This document shows positions 1 to 12,520 of a DNA stretch of 64,000 nucleotides, one piece after another (positions within the stretch are counted from its first letter, which is position 1; the number at the start of each line of letters is the position of its first letter). The position numbers and the translations under genes were made by a program. The notes beneath the pieces were generated by a model. The model had not been told where the DNA came from. It was given only the letters and a program-made list of their open reading frames with translations, and did not search any database. The DNA is from Guillardia theta CCMP2712 (taxonomy: Eukaryota > Protista > Cryptophyta): contig NW_005434660.1 of assembly GCF_000315625.1 (NCBI RefSeq), positions 742,738 to 806,737 of the forward strand, in the 5' to 3' direction.

Positions 1-307
1 CAGTATACCTCCATCAAGATGGGATCGACATCTTGCACAGAAATACCTGAGTATTCACTCCCTGCAGCCTCGAAGCATGGCAGCGCGCCTCGCACCACCC
101 GGCTAGGTTGGTTGTATCCATCACGCGCCCGCGCGTGCCAGCAAGGATCCTGGCAGTAGGAGGGGGGAAGAGGAGGTGCAACCCGATCATCTGTCTGTTC
201 ATGGCTGAGCTCATCGCTCTCGTTATCATGTTCGCTCTCCTCGTCATCCTTCCGATCTCCATCCTCTCCCACACCATCGCCGCCCTCAAGCCCTGCGCCA
301 GGCGCAT
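1..307 (-). CDS. 5' part of an unknown gene running off the left edge (Arg/Met-rich N-terminus, possibly a targeting peptide)
   Basis: The minus-strand ORF MRLAQGLRAAMVWERMEIGRMTRRANMITRAMSS starts at 307, just downstream of a GC-rich intergenic block. No recognisable domain. Confidence 0.25.
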
Positions 308-784
308 GACTGTCTCTGACCCTTTCGTCCTCATCCCCGCTCATTCCAGGGAGTTCGCCCGGCGGCCCTGCCGGCGGCCCGGGCCCGGGCCGATATCACA
401 CGCCTGAGTGACAATGATCGTCGGCGGGGCCAGAGAAGGGGCGAACTTATAGCCCTGCTTTTGTACGACCCGGCGTGATCGGACGGTGGCCGCGCACGCC
501 CGGCCGCGACTCGGCGGGGGGCGGCGCGGCGGACTAGTAGGCGAGTCCGAGTCCGCGGCAGCCGGCGCGGCCGAGAGTCAGTGGAGTCTCGGATCGGACC
601 GTCCGACCGTACCGCAAGTTGAACTTTCCGAAACTTTGGCACTGTCTGGCAGCAGTGCGAGCGGAAGAGATCTGTACAGTAAGTTGTATTCCACGAATGA
701 ATAAATTAGAAACAATACCAGGAGGAAAGAATGAGAGGGAGGTAGTAAGACATGGGCAACTGATTGGGCCCGACATGACATTCT

Positions 785-3700
785 CTATCTCGAGATCTTG
801 ATCGCCTTCTCGTACCCTCCACGGGAGTTGACCTGCACCAAACAGTCAAGCCTGAGGCATCGAGGCGTCAACGGTCATCACATGACGATTCTTGTCAGGG
901 TGCTGAACCCCAAGGAAGTAGTTCTCGGTGCCCTCCTTCAGATGAGAGAACTCCGTGGCAAAATCTTCCCCGGCAAGTCAGGCAGGGATAGAGGAACGAA
1001 GGAGGGAGAGCACTGAAAGATGTATAATGCCTAGGGAGCGAAGGGAGGCAGGCTCAGCTAGAGATCATTACCTGAGTCGCTCTCTTCGATCACTGAGCCG
1101 TTTCCTGTCCGCACCAGCACAACAGGCCACTCTTTCGAGCTCTCGTCATGGCTGATCGCCAGCAGCTGCTTCCTGACTTTGGTTTTGACCGCATCAAAAT
1201 CCTCGTCCTGCCCACAGACAGTCAGCCATGCTCGCAGAAGGGCGCTAGCTCCCACCACATGCATGCGGATGAGGAAAGGCTCTCCGTACGTGCGGGGGAT
1301 GAGACCATTCCTCTGACCCTGCTCGGGATCAGCTGTCACAGAAACGAGGATCAGGAGCAGATCTGGGGCTACCTTGTCGAATTCGAAGTGAGAGACTCTG
1401 ACCAGAAGGGATCCTTGAGCCTTGGCCGGGTTCTTCAGCCCACCGGCAGCTGCTGATACTGAGATTGCGTACAGACTTCTGGCCTCTGCTTGCCCCAGCC
1501 TCAAGACATCCTCCTCGCTTTCCTCGCTCTCTGCATCGAAGATCTCGTTGATCTTACCTTTACCAACATGACATATGTATATTTCAGGCGCCAAGTCCAA
1601 CTTTTGTTTCTTGATGCTCTCCAAGATAGCGTTGATCAAGTTCTTCTCCTTTTCAATGAGAAACTCTTCTCTGACGTCCCCCAGCAAGCACACTCGCAGC
1701 AGATGCTTCGTCTCAAGCTCACGAATGTCGAAAGAAAGCTCTTGGAAGTACAAAATGTTCTTGTCCCAGCTCGACAAGAGATTCTCCAACGTGACCCTAT
1801 CATCTCTCTGTGCTGGTTTCTGTTCCGGACCATCATTATTCGAGCTGTGCCTGTACAATTGTATGTGGAACTCTTCTGCTTGCTTCCCATTCAATCGACT
1901 TTCTTCAGCGTTCAACATCTTCACGATAATCCCACAAATCTTGTCATAAGAATCTCTGAGATGAACCTTCACTTGGAACAAGTCCTTCGTTCGGTCACTG
2001 ATACTGCGAAAACGAACCGACACACTGTTCAACAGCTTGTCATAATATTTGCGAACACAACCATCATCACAGTCCCAGTATGGATCAGTGATCTTTGTCT
2101 TGGAGCATATACAAACATCAGCCTTGTTCAGGACAACAATCGATCCCGGACAGAGTGGTGTCGATGAGATGTCTGCCTCTTTGTCTAGTCTAACTGCACC
2201 CGACTTCCTGTCCTCTTCAAACGCCTCTACAGCACAGCCTTTCCAATCTGGGACAGCGCGTTCCACGAACTGGTCGATCATACCCGAAACAAGCATGTTT
2301 GGAGCCACGAAAAAGTGTCCCAAAGAAAGCAGCTCTTCTTTTTCAGCATTGAAGATCTTCAAGAAAATGATATCCAGCTTTCCATTGTTCATGTCGCGGC
2401 TCAGATCTCTAGAATCGAAACTTGCTGTATTCTCGCAGAACAGGCAGGTGTCGGAGACAAACAAGTCATTGTCAGCAATAAGGTCTGCATCAGCACTGGA
2501 ACGAACCTCGCATTCTACTCTCATGGAATCATTCCTAATCCTGCAGAGCCAAACTCTCAGACTCTCCTCAGGAATCTTGGTGACCTGAGCTATCGTATGC
2601 TTCATCTGACCAAGTGTATCTGTCTTGAGAATACTCATGTGCACAACGGAGGTCCATTCTACAAGATCTAGTCCCTGATGCATCGAGATATCCTGAAAGG
2701 TGCACAACCGTATCTGAATCTTGAGGTGCGCTTCCAACTTTTCCCTCCGTCGCAACTCCTCCTCCTCCTCCTCCAGTCGGAATCGCTGTCTGAGGTGGTC
2801 AGGGATATCGTCATGCGTCAGCGGACGCAAAACTTCATCGACGGCTGATTCCCTCACGTACACAAGCATGTAGGCATTGCTCGTTCGGCGCGACGAGCTT
2901 CTTCCTCGGTTTGCTGACGGCGAGAAAGCCGAGTCCCCGTCCGATTCATCTTCCCCTCCGAAGTTGTTTTGAATGGCTTCCTCAGCACTCACAACGCTCA
3001 CGCGCTCGTCATTGAATTTGAGCCACTTCGACTTACAATCTGGCCGAATGTATGCGAAATAGTGACCACCATGCACATCCCCACTGTGTACCAGCACGCT
3101 GTGCAACAGATATGACAAGGAAGACTTGGCTTTTCCTTGCATGTACTGCGATAGATCCAGGACAGATCCGAATTCAAACTTATCGTTGATCTTGACATTG
3201 GCGTCTCTGACCGGGTCGTACTCGAACCGCTTCAGGTGCAAGTGGAGTACAGGGGGGAGGGAGAGGAACGCACATCCCTTCTCAGCATCTTGAAGTCCAT
3301 GGCCATCAGCCATGTACTTGTTCTCCCCGTCTAGCTTCTCAACCTCAACGTACTTCATCAGAGACTCCTCGATGTTCTTGCAGCCTTTCACGTTCAGTGA
3401 CAGATCGTAGAACTCTTCCTCCCTCAGACTGGAAAAATCCACATTGATACACTTGACAAAGTTTTGAAGCTTCCCCCTGAACAACCTGGGCACCTCTCCA
3501 TCAACTATCGTCCCCTTCATCTTCTCTTCAAGATTGTCGCACAGCACTCGATCAAGCTCCTGCACATCGTGCTGTGTGAAGGCATCCAACGCATCCCACC
3601 CAAAAGATTTGGTCAAAGCCTTCGTCCCTACACTCTTCTTGCTGTGCTGCAAGTTGTAGAAGACTCTCTGCAAAGCCAAGGCAACAGAATCAGTCGAGGA

Positions 3701-4510
3701 GCTGGAGCTGTCGCTGCGCGAGACAATTGCGGGGTGGGAGGAGTGCCTGGGTCGCTTGTTCGCAGTCTCCTGCTCCGTCGGCATCTTGTAAACCGCCCGC
3801 TGCAATGCTGGAATGTGAAACAAGGACTGCAAGAGGGAGTTCATGTAGCATGTAGCTCCCTGATTCTTCAGGCCCACGAAACCAGTCTCTACTTTGGGAT
3901 CGTGAAGCCATAAGATCGGATCCTTCGAGCTGTTGTACTCCCGCCCCTCGTGATCTCGTAGAACTCGCACGATCAGAATCACAGTCAGCACATTGTCCAC
4001 CAAGAACCCAGCAGATTGATCCATCACGATGTTGTACTTCACAAACGTGTGAAATCCCCAATCAGCATCGTCATACTGAAACACATGCTGCGCCTGCTTG
4101 GTTTCTGACCACACGGGGTCACGATTCTCGATCGTGAATTCGAAACATGCATTCACCCTGTATGGGTCTTTCCTGCCCTTCATGAACTTCGAATCGAGGA
4201 ACAGGGAGGTGAACTGCTTGTTAATACCCACAGGAAACATCAGGATACTCCAGGGGACACCGGAGATCTCAAACAACGGGCTATGTACCTTCCCGTTCCT
4301 CCGAGAAAATTCCGGAACCTTCCATACCACCTTGTAGATGTCCGGATGGCCAGTCGATTCCGGGCCTTGTAGAGAGGTTTCAGGGAGAGACTCCGCCTCT
4401 GCGTCGCTCGTTTGCTCTTCCTCACTCGTCTCCGCCATGGTCCGTTCTTCCTGCTGCCTGTCTACCTGCTCCACGTCGGATTGAGGAGAAGTCTGCCTTG
4501 GTACTGCCAT
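785..4510 (-). CDS. USP7: Ubiquitin-specific protease 7 homologue (MATH + USP catalytic + UBL region); several short 3' introns
   Basis: MATH domain (WKVPEFS...WSILMFP...DWGF), Cys box GLKNQGATCYMNSLLQ, QHDVQE, and His box HSGDVHGGHY...KWLKFND. Spliced 3' exons give YFLGVQHPDKNRH and GGYEKAIKISR* (stop 785-787), matching the USP7 C-terminal tail. Confidence 0.93.
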
Positions 4511-6007
4511 CTTAAGGACCTCGGATCGAGAGTTCCTCCTACACTTGTCACTAAGTCTGATGTGTGAGGTGCGGGGGGAGAGAACACCCCTACTCCTCCT
4601 CCGGTGCGCGGAAGGGCCGGATCACAACGCCCCCTCCTACTGGCCGTTCCAGGACGAGGATCTATAGCCGTTGCTGGGAGGAGGGCATGGAGGAGCAGAG
4701 CTGTACAGAGAGATGAGGTAGAGTGTGTGAAGTTTCAATGGCAGGAGGGCAGGGCGACCCTTGTCGTCTCCTCCCCTGCATCCTTGCCCGAGTCGCGCAT
4801 GCGCAGACGCCTCCCGCCGCGCATACACCTCACCCCCTTTCTCCTCCTCTAGTCAAGGGGGTACTTGAAGGGTTCTTGCTCCTTCTTTCCTGTGCAAGGG
4901 TAACATCTTTTTCAATTGTGGTATTAATGTTCGCAGGCTATGTGCAGACCTTCAAGATTTGTGGTGTTCCACCCCAACACTGACCTCTTACAAGGGAACC
5001 CCTACCCCTGATTTCGAATGAAAAAACCCTACCTACCCTGGCCCCATAGTCTCCACAGCTCCCGCACTAAAACACCCATGGTAGTAGCACCATGTGGATT
5101 TTACATTAATGTCTCAAATAGATATTTCATATCTCTTACCACATGCTTTGATCGTTGCTCTCCTTGTACCCAGGTCTCGTACATCTGAGACAACCCCACC
5201 CTCTACTTGCACTCTCAGCTTCACCCACCCCTTCTGACTTGTTACACTCAACCTTTTCAACTAAGGTTCTTATCTTGTTTTCAATTTGGACCTATGATTT
5301 TGAAGAGTTCAAACAATTTTGAAAATACCCACCCTGTTTTGGTCAAAGTTATGCCCACCATGGTTTTTCCTAACAAAATGGAGTTGAAAGCACGGGTGAT
5401 CAGATGTACCCCCACCCTCTCCCTGGCTACAGCATGAAACCAAGCCCGCCCCACCTCTTTATTGCGGGAAACCATGGCTCAAACTTGGGACAACAGGGGA
5501 GGAGAAAAGAGGAGAATGAGAGAAGATGGTCGACAGAAAGTAAGAAAGAAGACGAGGAAATAATGTGGAGGAAGAAGTTGAGAGAGTGATCATTGCAGAT
5601 ACACACAGGGGAAGGGGCAGCGACGAGGACAAGGGAAACGGCGAGAGTTTTGGAATAGACGAGAAAGAAATAGAAGCGAAGGTTGGTAGGTGAAGAGTCG
5701 TGTGGCGGAACATTGCTCTTATCCTGTCGCACTGGTTGAGAGACAACACTTTCGCAATAGCATGAACCACTCAAACCTTCAAAAGATGCGAAAACGGAGG
5801 CTTAGTATGTTTGCAGGATGGTCACGAGGCTGCTCCGGTCAAAGGATGAAGCAAGTACACCTGGCAAAGGCGAAGCGGCCTGTTTCTCTTGTCTGTCATA
5901 CGCATGCCGCATGCAAACCTGAACGCAACGTTGACGGCTTGTTCAAGCCAAGACTCCATTCCTGTGCGGCGTCTCTTGTTCCTTGGGTCCTTTCTTCGTT
6001 GCGAAAG

Positions 6008-8653
6008 ATGAGCTCGAGCACGGAGCAAGCGGCTGACATCAGGACCATGCAGCCTGAAGATTGCTTGGACGACAACCTTGCCTACTTCTGGCGCAAGGTG
6101 AAGTCTTGCCGTTCTTGCGGGGTCTGAGCTGAGTTGCGCTGGCAGCCTCCCGAGGGTCAGCCATTCTTCAAGGTTCGCTCCCTAATCCCTCAGGTTCGAC
6201 CCTCTGACTGCCTGCCAGGGAAGAAACTTTGTGCTATGGAACGGCTGGTTTGTTTTCGGCCCGCTGGATGGGATCAGGACCGTTGGCTTCACATGTGCTA
6301 CTAGCATGTTTAATAATCACCGTCCTGACTTCCTTGTCTTGATAGTTATCCTGATCGCCGTGCCCAGCGCACTCTTCCTGGCTTATCCTGCAAGGTAGGC
6401 AATAGTTTGAGATGAGTACCATTCCCTCTTTGCTTTCCCTAACCCCAATTCCTCTCGTTCCCCCTCCGACGAGATGACCTCCCGTCTTATTCTCCACCGG
6501 AGGCTCTCCTCCCTCCTCTCCCTGGCTCCCTGGCCTCGTCTTCTTGTCTTCCACACTCTCTCCTTCTGCCCTGCTCTCGTTTCCCTCCTTTGTCTTGTTT
6601 TCTCCTTATCGTTCCGCTCAGAGCTCTGATCTACTTGCTATCTCCGAGCATGATCGTCATAGGAGCTGTTCTTGTTTTCGTCACTCTTGCTCTCCTTGTC
6701 CTTACGGCCACCACAGGTCGGTGCTCCTTCTTCTCCTCTGCTGTCTGTCCCTTGACTTGCTCTTGTCAGATCCTGGCATACTTCCCCGCTTTCATCCCCC
6801 TCAGCTCGGCCCAGATACCATCTTGCCCCTTGTACAGAAGGTAAGGACTCACTCGCCTGACTTTTGGGATGCTGAGGTCGAAGCAGTTTGAAGTGAATGG
6901 GGGCTTGCAAAAGCTCAAGCTCTGCTCGACGTGTCAAATCTACAGGCGAGGAGGACAAGGGTGTTTTGTGGTGCTCTGACGGAAGGCTCTTAGACCTCTC
7001 ACAGCCTCTCACTGCTCGTTTTGTGATAACTGTGTACTCGACTTCGATCATCACTGCCCTTGGATTGGGACATGCATAGGTAGAGGATATCTTGTTGCTG
7101 CTTCCTCCTCCGCTTCCTGCTCAAGCTCTTGGCAGGGCGAAGAAATTACTTCTTTTTCGTCATGTTCATTTTCTCATCCACCGTATTCCTTGCCCGTTCC
7201 CATGTCAGGCGTTGATTTGCGGCAGATTCTTTCCTTCTACGTGCTTGCATGCAGCTTGCTGCATGTGATCTTGGCAAAGAATTACAATGGGAACGGAAAG
7301 TTTGAGTTCAAACGAGGTGTGAGGAACAAGAACGTCGCTGTGTAATTGATACAGGAGGCAGATGTCAGCGAGTACTCCATCTCCTTCTTCCTGATGCTCT
7401 ACTCTTTCATCATCGGCCTGACTGTTGGAAGGTAGAGCTGCGTCAGCTGCGTTGTCTTGTTGCGACTTCCTTCAGCTGACGTGCCATGGTGCTTATTCCC
7501 TTCCCCTTCCAGCCTGGCGCTGTTCCACACGTGCCTGCTCTTCCAGAAGAAGGTAGCAGCGCGAGCGAAAGGGATTGGGCGGACTTTGATGGAGTGCTGG
7601 CAGACAACGAGGGAATATATCCTCAACATCAGCGGGGAGGATGTAAACTATGCAAACAGAAATACTTGTAGCCAGGTGCTGTCCTATGCTGATCCTGCCC
7701 TCCTCCTCATAACTGCCATAGTTCCTCTGCGGAAAGGAAAACTTCAGCTTCATGAAGACCATCCTCAGGAGGAACGATGAAGATATCGCGGACTTCGTGA
7801 AAGGTTCACTGCATCTCGTCCCTCCGTGTATCTTGCTCTCTCCGATCCTCACCACCATTAGTTTGTGATGTTCCTCCTGTGCTCGCTTGCTCCCTCCCTC
7901 ATTCTCCTCCCCTCCCTCGCTCTCTCCAGTCTCATCAGTTGCTCAGTTATGTGCCAATCGTTCGATGTCCTTGTAGCCTCCGATCCCAAAACTCTCGAGC
8001 AGGTGAAACATTTTTCTTCCAACCTCCGCTTTTCTCTTACATGTCCTCCCCTCCTCCCTCCCATCCTGCTGTTCTCTCCGTCCGCTTTTCGCTCAACCCC
8101 ACCTCCCCCCCCCCCCCCCCGCCATCCCGCACGTCTGTGCCCTTGTCTTCATCTCTTTGCCTTCAGCTCTCGCCTCCTTTCTCTTCGTCTCCGTGCCTTT
8201 CACTTCCAATTCCTGCAGATTCCCAGCAGGAGAGCAGCAGAAGCTCCTCCTCGTCCGCCAGGTGGGCTCTTGCTCAAGTCAGTTGCTTCCTCATCGCCTC
8301 TCCAGCAGCTGAGGGTCCGACGGAGGAGGAGTGGAATACGGCATCTACCCCGACCGAAAATTCTCAGCTCATGAGGAGAGCGAGCAGCGCAGCGGTCGAC
8401 TCTGTCTGCACGCCAAGGTGAGCAGGAAGAAGCCGTGTTGCTCTGAGCTCTTGGCAGGGACGAGGAGGAGGTGGACGAGGAAGAAGACGGGAGAGAGGTA
8501 GGACTCGAGGTAGCGTTGCAGGTGGATGAAGGTAGGTGCTTTGGCTCCACTGTCCTGTCCTTCTAACCCTCGTTAGGGTCGGATGTTCGTATCGCCACGA
8601 CGGAACAGCCCAACAAGAAAGGTCTGATTGATTCTAATTTGACATTTGACTGA
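6008..8653 (+). CDS. DHHC-type palmitoyltransferase (Erf2/ZDHHC9-14-18-like), multi-exon
   Basis: Spliced exons read [17 protein letters not shown] helices, [52 protein letters not shown] and TTREY. The acidic tail ends SNLTFD* at 8651-8653. Start and 3' exons are approximate. Confidence 0.88.
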
Positions 8654-8887
8654 GTTACAATCGCAGTATCCGATCTAGAATCCGCGCAACCGAGGTAGAG
8701 CTGTTTGCCTTGCAGCATGACAGTGATGGTAATTTGTGACTCTGACACTTTTTCTTTCCGTTTCCTCAGATTCAATACACCAACAATAGTCAAATATAAT
8801 GTTTAAAGTTGCAATAGTACAATTAGTGCAAACCAACTAAAGTTCTCCCTCCAGGCTATGAAAAGATGTTTCCAACCTCCTCCCCCC

Positions 8888-9778
8888 TCAACACTGAATC
8901 GACGACAAAGTCATGATCCAGTCCGTTGCTTCCTCTCTCTCCGGGAAACAGGATCTCATCTCCTCCTCCCTGGTGTAGACGGGGATGCAGTTCGACCTGT
9001 CCACCCAGAGCGCATTCTTTCTCTTGTACGCACACCCATCCACCTTGAACGCCTGGCTGTACCAGCTCGAGTCCGGCAGGTCGAACACGTACAGATCTCC
9101 TTGAACTGTCAATCGAGCAAACCCAGCAGCCACGCCCTCGGAGGAGGAGGAGGAGATCTGCATGGGACCGCTGAGAATAGCCTCGTCCCAGGTATTCGCC
9201 TCCTCCACGCTCTCTTCTGCCTCAACTGATTGCTCCGTCTCCTGAGCATGTGCAATGGATTCCTCCACCGCAGGCTCTTGAGGGGTAAGCACTGGACCTT
9301 CATCATCTGGGGATGGATGGACCTGAACGACATCCTCCGGCGTCTGAGCAGGAGGGCTGTCGCTCGTGAAAGCATGCTGCAAGGCAACAGGAACTGTGCC
9401 TTGAGCCTGCATGTGCAAGGTAGCCACGCCAAGGAGGAGGACGAGGGAGGAGATGAGCAGAGCACTCCTGTAGCTGAGCTTGGGGCTCGCTTCTTCCAAC
9501 ACACACCCGTCGAACTTTTCAGACAGAGCCGAGTTGAAAGACTCCTGCTCTATCCTCACCGACTGGACTTTCTTGGCATCGAAAGGAGTGCAGGCAGGGG
9601 TTGGGGCAGCAAAACTGCCTCCCAAGGATGAGTCTCTCTTCTTGGCCTTGCCCTCCTTGGCCTTGTCAACATTTGCGTCGATCTGTCCCAGCGCCTTTCT
9701 AGAGGAGGATCTCCGACTCAAGGTGGGAGACAGGAAGTTTTCGTCGTTCTCGTCATGGATCGTGAAGTTGTTCACCAT
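8888..9778 (-). CDS. Hypothetical single-pass membrane protein with N-terminal D-box and C-terminal PH-like domain
   Basis: Intronless 296-aa ORF from ATG 9778. It contains RKALGQIDAN, a hydrophobic segment ALLISSLVLLLGVATL, and a C-terminus with PH-like pattern ending EREEATDWIMTL. Confidence 0.65.
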   Translation of the reverse strand: MVNNFTIHDENDENFLSPTLSRRSSSRKALGQIDANVDKAKEGKAKKRDSSLGGSFAAPTPACTPFDAKKVQSVRIEQESFNSALSEKFDGCVLEEASPKLSYRSALLISSLVLLLGVATLHMQAQGTVPVALQHAFTSDSPPAQTPEDVVQVHPSPDDEGPVLTPQEPAVEESIAHAQETEQSVEAEESVEEANTWDEAILSGPMQISSSSSEGVAAGFARLTVQGDLYVFDLPDSSWYSQAFKVDGCAYKRKNALWVDRSNCIPVYTREEEMRSCFPEREEATDWIMTLSSIQC

Positions 9779-10540
9779 TGTCGCAGTCACCGCAGGAAGT
9801 CCAGGAAGTTCCGAGGGAGGAGCAGCGAGCGAGTCTTGCAGTTGCTGGAAGGATGCGGAGGCAGCGACGAGGCAGCAGGGGCAGGTGGTGAAAGGCTTCA
9901 ATTGCCTTCTCCAACGGCGGAAGAAATTCAAAAAGGCGTGTAACGATATCCGAGGTCCGCCCGGCCCGGCGTCCGCGGCCCGGGCCCTCCCGACGACCGT
10001 CTCAGTCGGTCACCCGGAGTCATAGACCGGCCCCGGGCTACTTTGATCCTGACTCAGTGATCAGAGTGATACCGGCGCCGTAGGAGGCTCCCGGGAGTCC
10101 CGGCTATCAACTCTCCTTAGGCTCCGACTCTCAGGCGCCAACTGCTTGTGCCTTGACCGTACTCAAAGTTAAGCTAACTGAAATCAGTTGCCAGTCTTCA
10201 GTACTAGGTGACCACAAGGGGCCTACTACCGGCGCCCGGCGCACGTAAACTTGAAAGCATATTGCCGCGAAGATGCTGCCCGGCGGCCGGTGCGGCGGCG
10301 GCCAGCCTGAGGCTCGCCCGGTGTCACCCGGCCCGGCCGGCCCGGCCCCCAGCCGCCCCCTCGGCCCGCGGTTCAAGCCTGGGCCGGGCCGGCCTGGCCG
10401 GGCAATGATTCAAGAGTCCGGTCAGCCATGCCGCCACGGATCGGCGACTCACGGTCGGCGACAGTGGGACTTTCAAGTGACAACTTTTGTTAGGCTCAAA
10501 AATGACTAAAAATGTTTCCTTTAGAAGTCCGAGGAAGGTC

Positions 10541-12520
10541 ATGGTGAGGTCGGCGGCCATGGCGGCGGCGCTTTTTGCGTCGGTGATGCCCATGGCGTCA
10601 GCGTTCCTTCATGGCAGCAGCAGCTCTTTCGTCCGCTCCCTCAGGCAGCACTCGGCCTCGTGCCCTCGTGTGCTCTCATTGTGCGAGAGGAGAGCTCTGT
10701 CCCTCAGGAGGCCTCTTGGTCTGCAGATGACGTTTGCGGGAGGAAAGAGCAAGTGGGACGACCCGAACTACGATCCCTCCAAACAGGAGATTGATACTGA
10801 AGTCCCTCTCCACATTGCTGCATTCAAGGGCGACGTAGAGGAGGTGAAGAGGCTGCTCAAGGAGGGTGCTGATGTCAATGAAGCGACGGAGACGGGTTGG
10901 ACTGCGATCATGTGGGCGGCCAGAGGAAAGCGTCCAGAGGCAATGAAGGTGCTGAAAGACGCAGGGGCAGACCTTCTCTTCAAGAACAAGTTTGGTTCCA
11001 CTGCTCTCCATGCGGCAGCTCACTGGGGGAGCCCTGAAGCAACAACCTTGCTGCTGGGCTGGTTGAAGAAGGACGAGATCGACGTCACAAACGCCTTTGG
11101 ATGGACTGCCCTCCACTGGGCAGGGAAGGGAGGGCATGCAGAAGCAGCGAAGCTACTGATCGAAGCAGGATCGGACGTGAAGGCCAAGAACATGAAGGGG
11201 AACAGCCCCCTGCATGAGGCCTGCCAGCATGGCGGAGCAGACATAGTGAAGGTGAGGAGAGCTTGCCGTGTCCTCATGCGCTCATGTCGTTGTCAACCAG
11301 GTGCTCATCGACGGTGGGTGTGAAGTTGACGGTCAGTCTGACGATGGCGAGACGCCGCTGCACAATGCCGCCTACCTTGGCTTCACCGACGCCACGAAAA
11401 TCCTCCTGAAGGTAAAATACAGCAGAGGTGGTGAGCAAAGGAGGAAGCAGGAATGAGGCGTGGATGGAATTGTGGAGGAGGCAGGAGAAGGAGATAGGAT
11501 GAAAACAGAGCGATGTGCCGGAGGGTGGAAGGAAAGTGAAAGGGAGAGGAGATTGAGTACAAGGGGACGGGGGGACGGGGGGACGGGGAGGGATGGAGGG
11601 GGTTTGAGGCTCTAGAGCAAGTGACTGATATCTGACAGGCCGGAGCGAACCCTGACGCTAGAGACAAGGAAGGAGCGACGCCTCTTTACCGCGCCTCCCG
11701 CGGTGGCGATGTGGACGTAAGCTTTCCTTCCTCCGTGTTGTGCTGGACAGGAGGCGAGGGGCGAGCGGAAGGGGAAAGTTGAGAGGGAGGAGGGGAGCTG
11801 GGAAGAGCCACATCGAGAGTGAGAGAAAGTAGAGAAGCTGGGAGTTCTGGTCGGGGAGGTCGGGGTGGGGGTGGGGGGTTCATGTAGTGGTGGTGTAGAG
11901 GAGCTGATGATGTTTGAGGAGGGGTGCAGAGATCGGAGGATGGAGGGGTTGATAGGGTGGTCCAGGTGGTAGAGATCCTGCTGGATGCAGGAGCCGATCC
12001 AAATGTGAAGGCAGAGAATGGATGGACAGCTCTGCATGAGGCGTCGAGATGGGGGAGGAGGTGAGAGGAATGGGTGTCGCGCGCTGGGCGTTAGTGAGCT
12101 GGCAGCCCTGTGGTGGAGACGCTGATCGGAGCGGGAGCATCCGTCAACGACAAGAACGAGGATGGGAATACTCCTCTCCACCTCGCGGTGAAGCTTGCGC
12201 TGCATGCAGGGTGACTGTGACATGCCCTGAAGGCTCTGTGGGGACGGGCGTGGGATGACGTTGAGGTTACCAACATGTTGCTGGAGGCAGGAGGTGACCC
12301 TGGTACGCGCGGCTGCTCGTTAGCGCCTTCATGACAGTGACCGGGATGGCAGAGCTGAGGAACAACTTAGAGGAGCGGCCGCTGGAGATCGCTACAGCAG
12401 ACGTTGAGGAGGTGGGGAGGGAGGAGGAGGAGGATTGTAAATCTAAGTGACATGTCGCAGGACGAGTATGAAGACTCGGACCTGATCCAAACTCTCATCC
12501 GCATCGCCGCCAAGCAATGA
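10541..12520 (+). CDS. Plastid-targeted ankyrin-repeat protein, multi-exon
   Basis: Signal peptide ending ASA-F, then a Ser/Arg-rich transit peptide. Repeated ankyrin motifs (VPLHIAA, GWTAIMWAA, GSTALHAAA, GWTALHWA, GNSPLHEA, GETPLHNAA, GATPLYRA, GWTALHEA, GNTPLHLA). The last exon ends IAAKQ* at 12518-12520. Confidence 0.85.
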
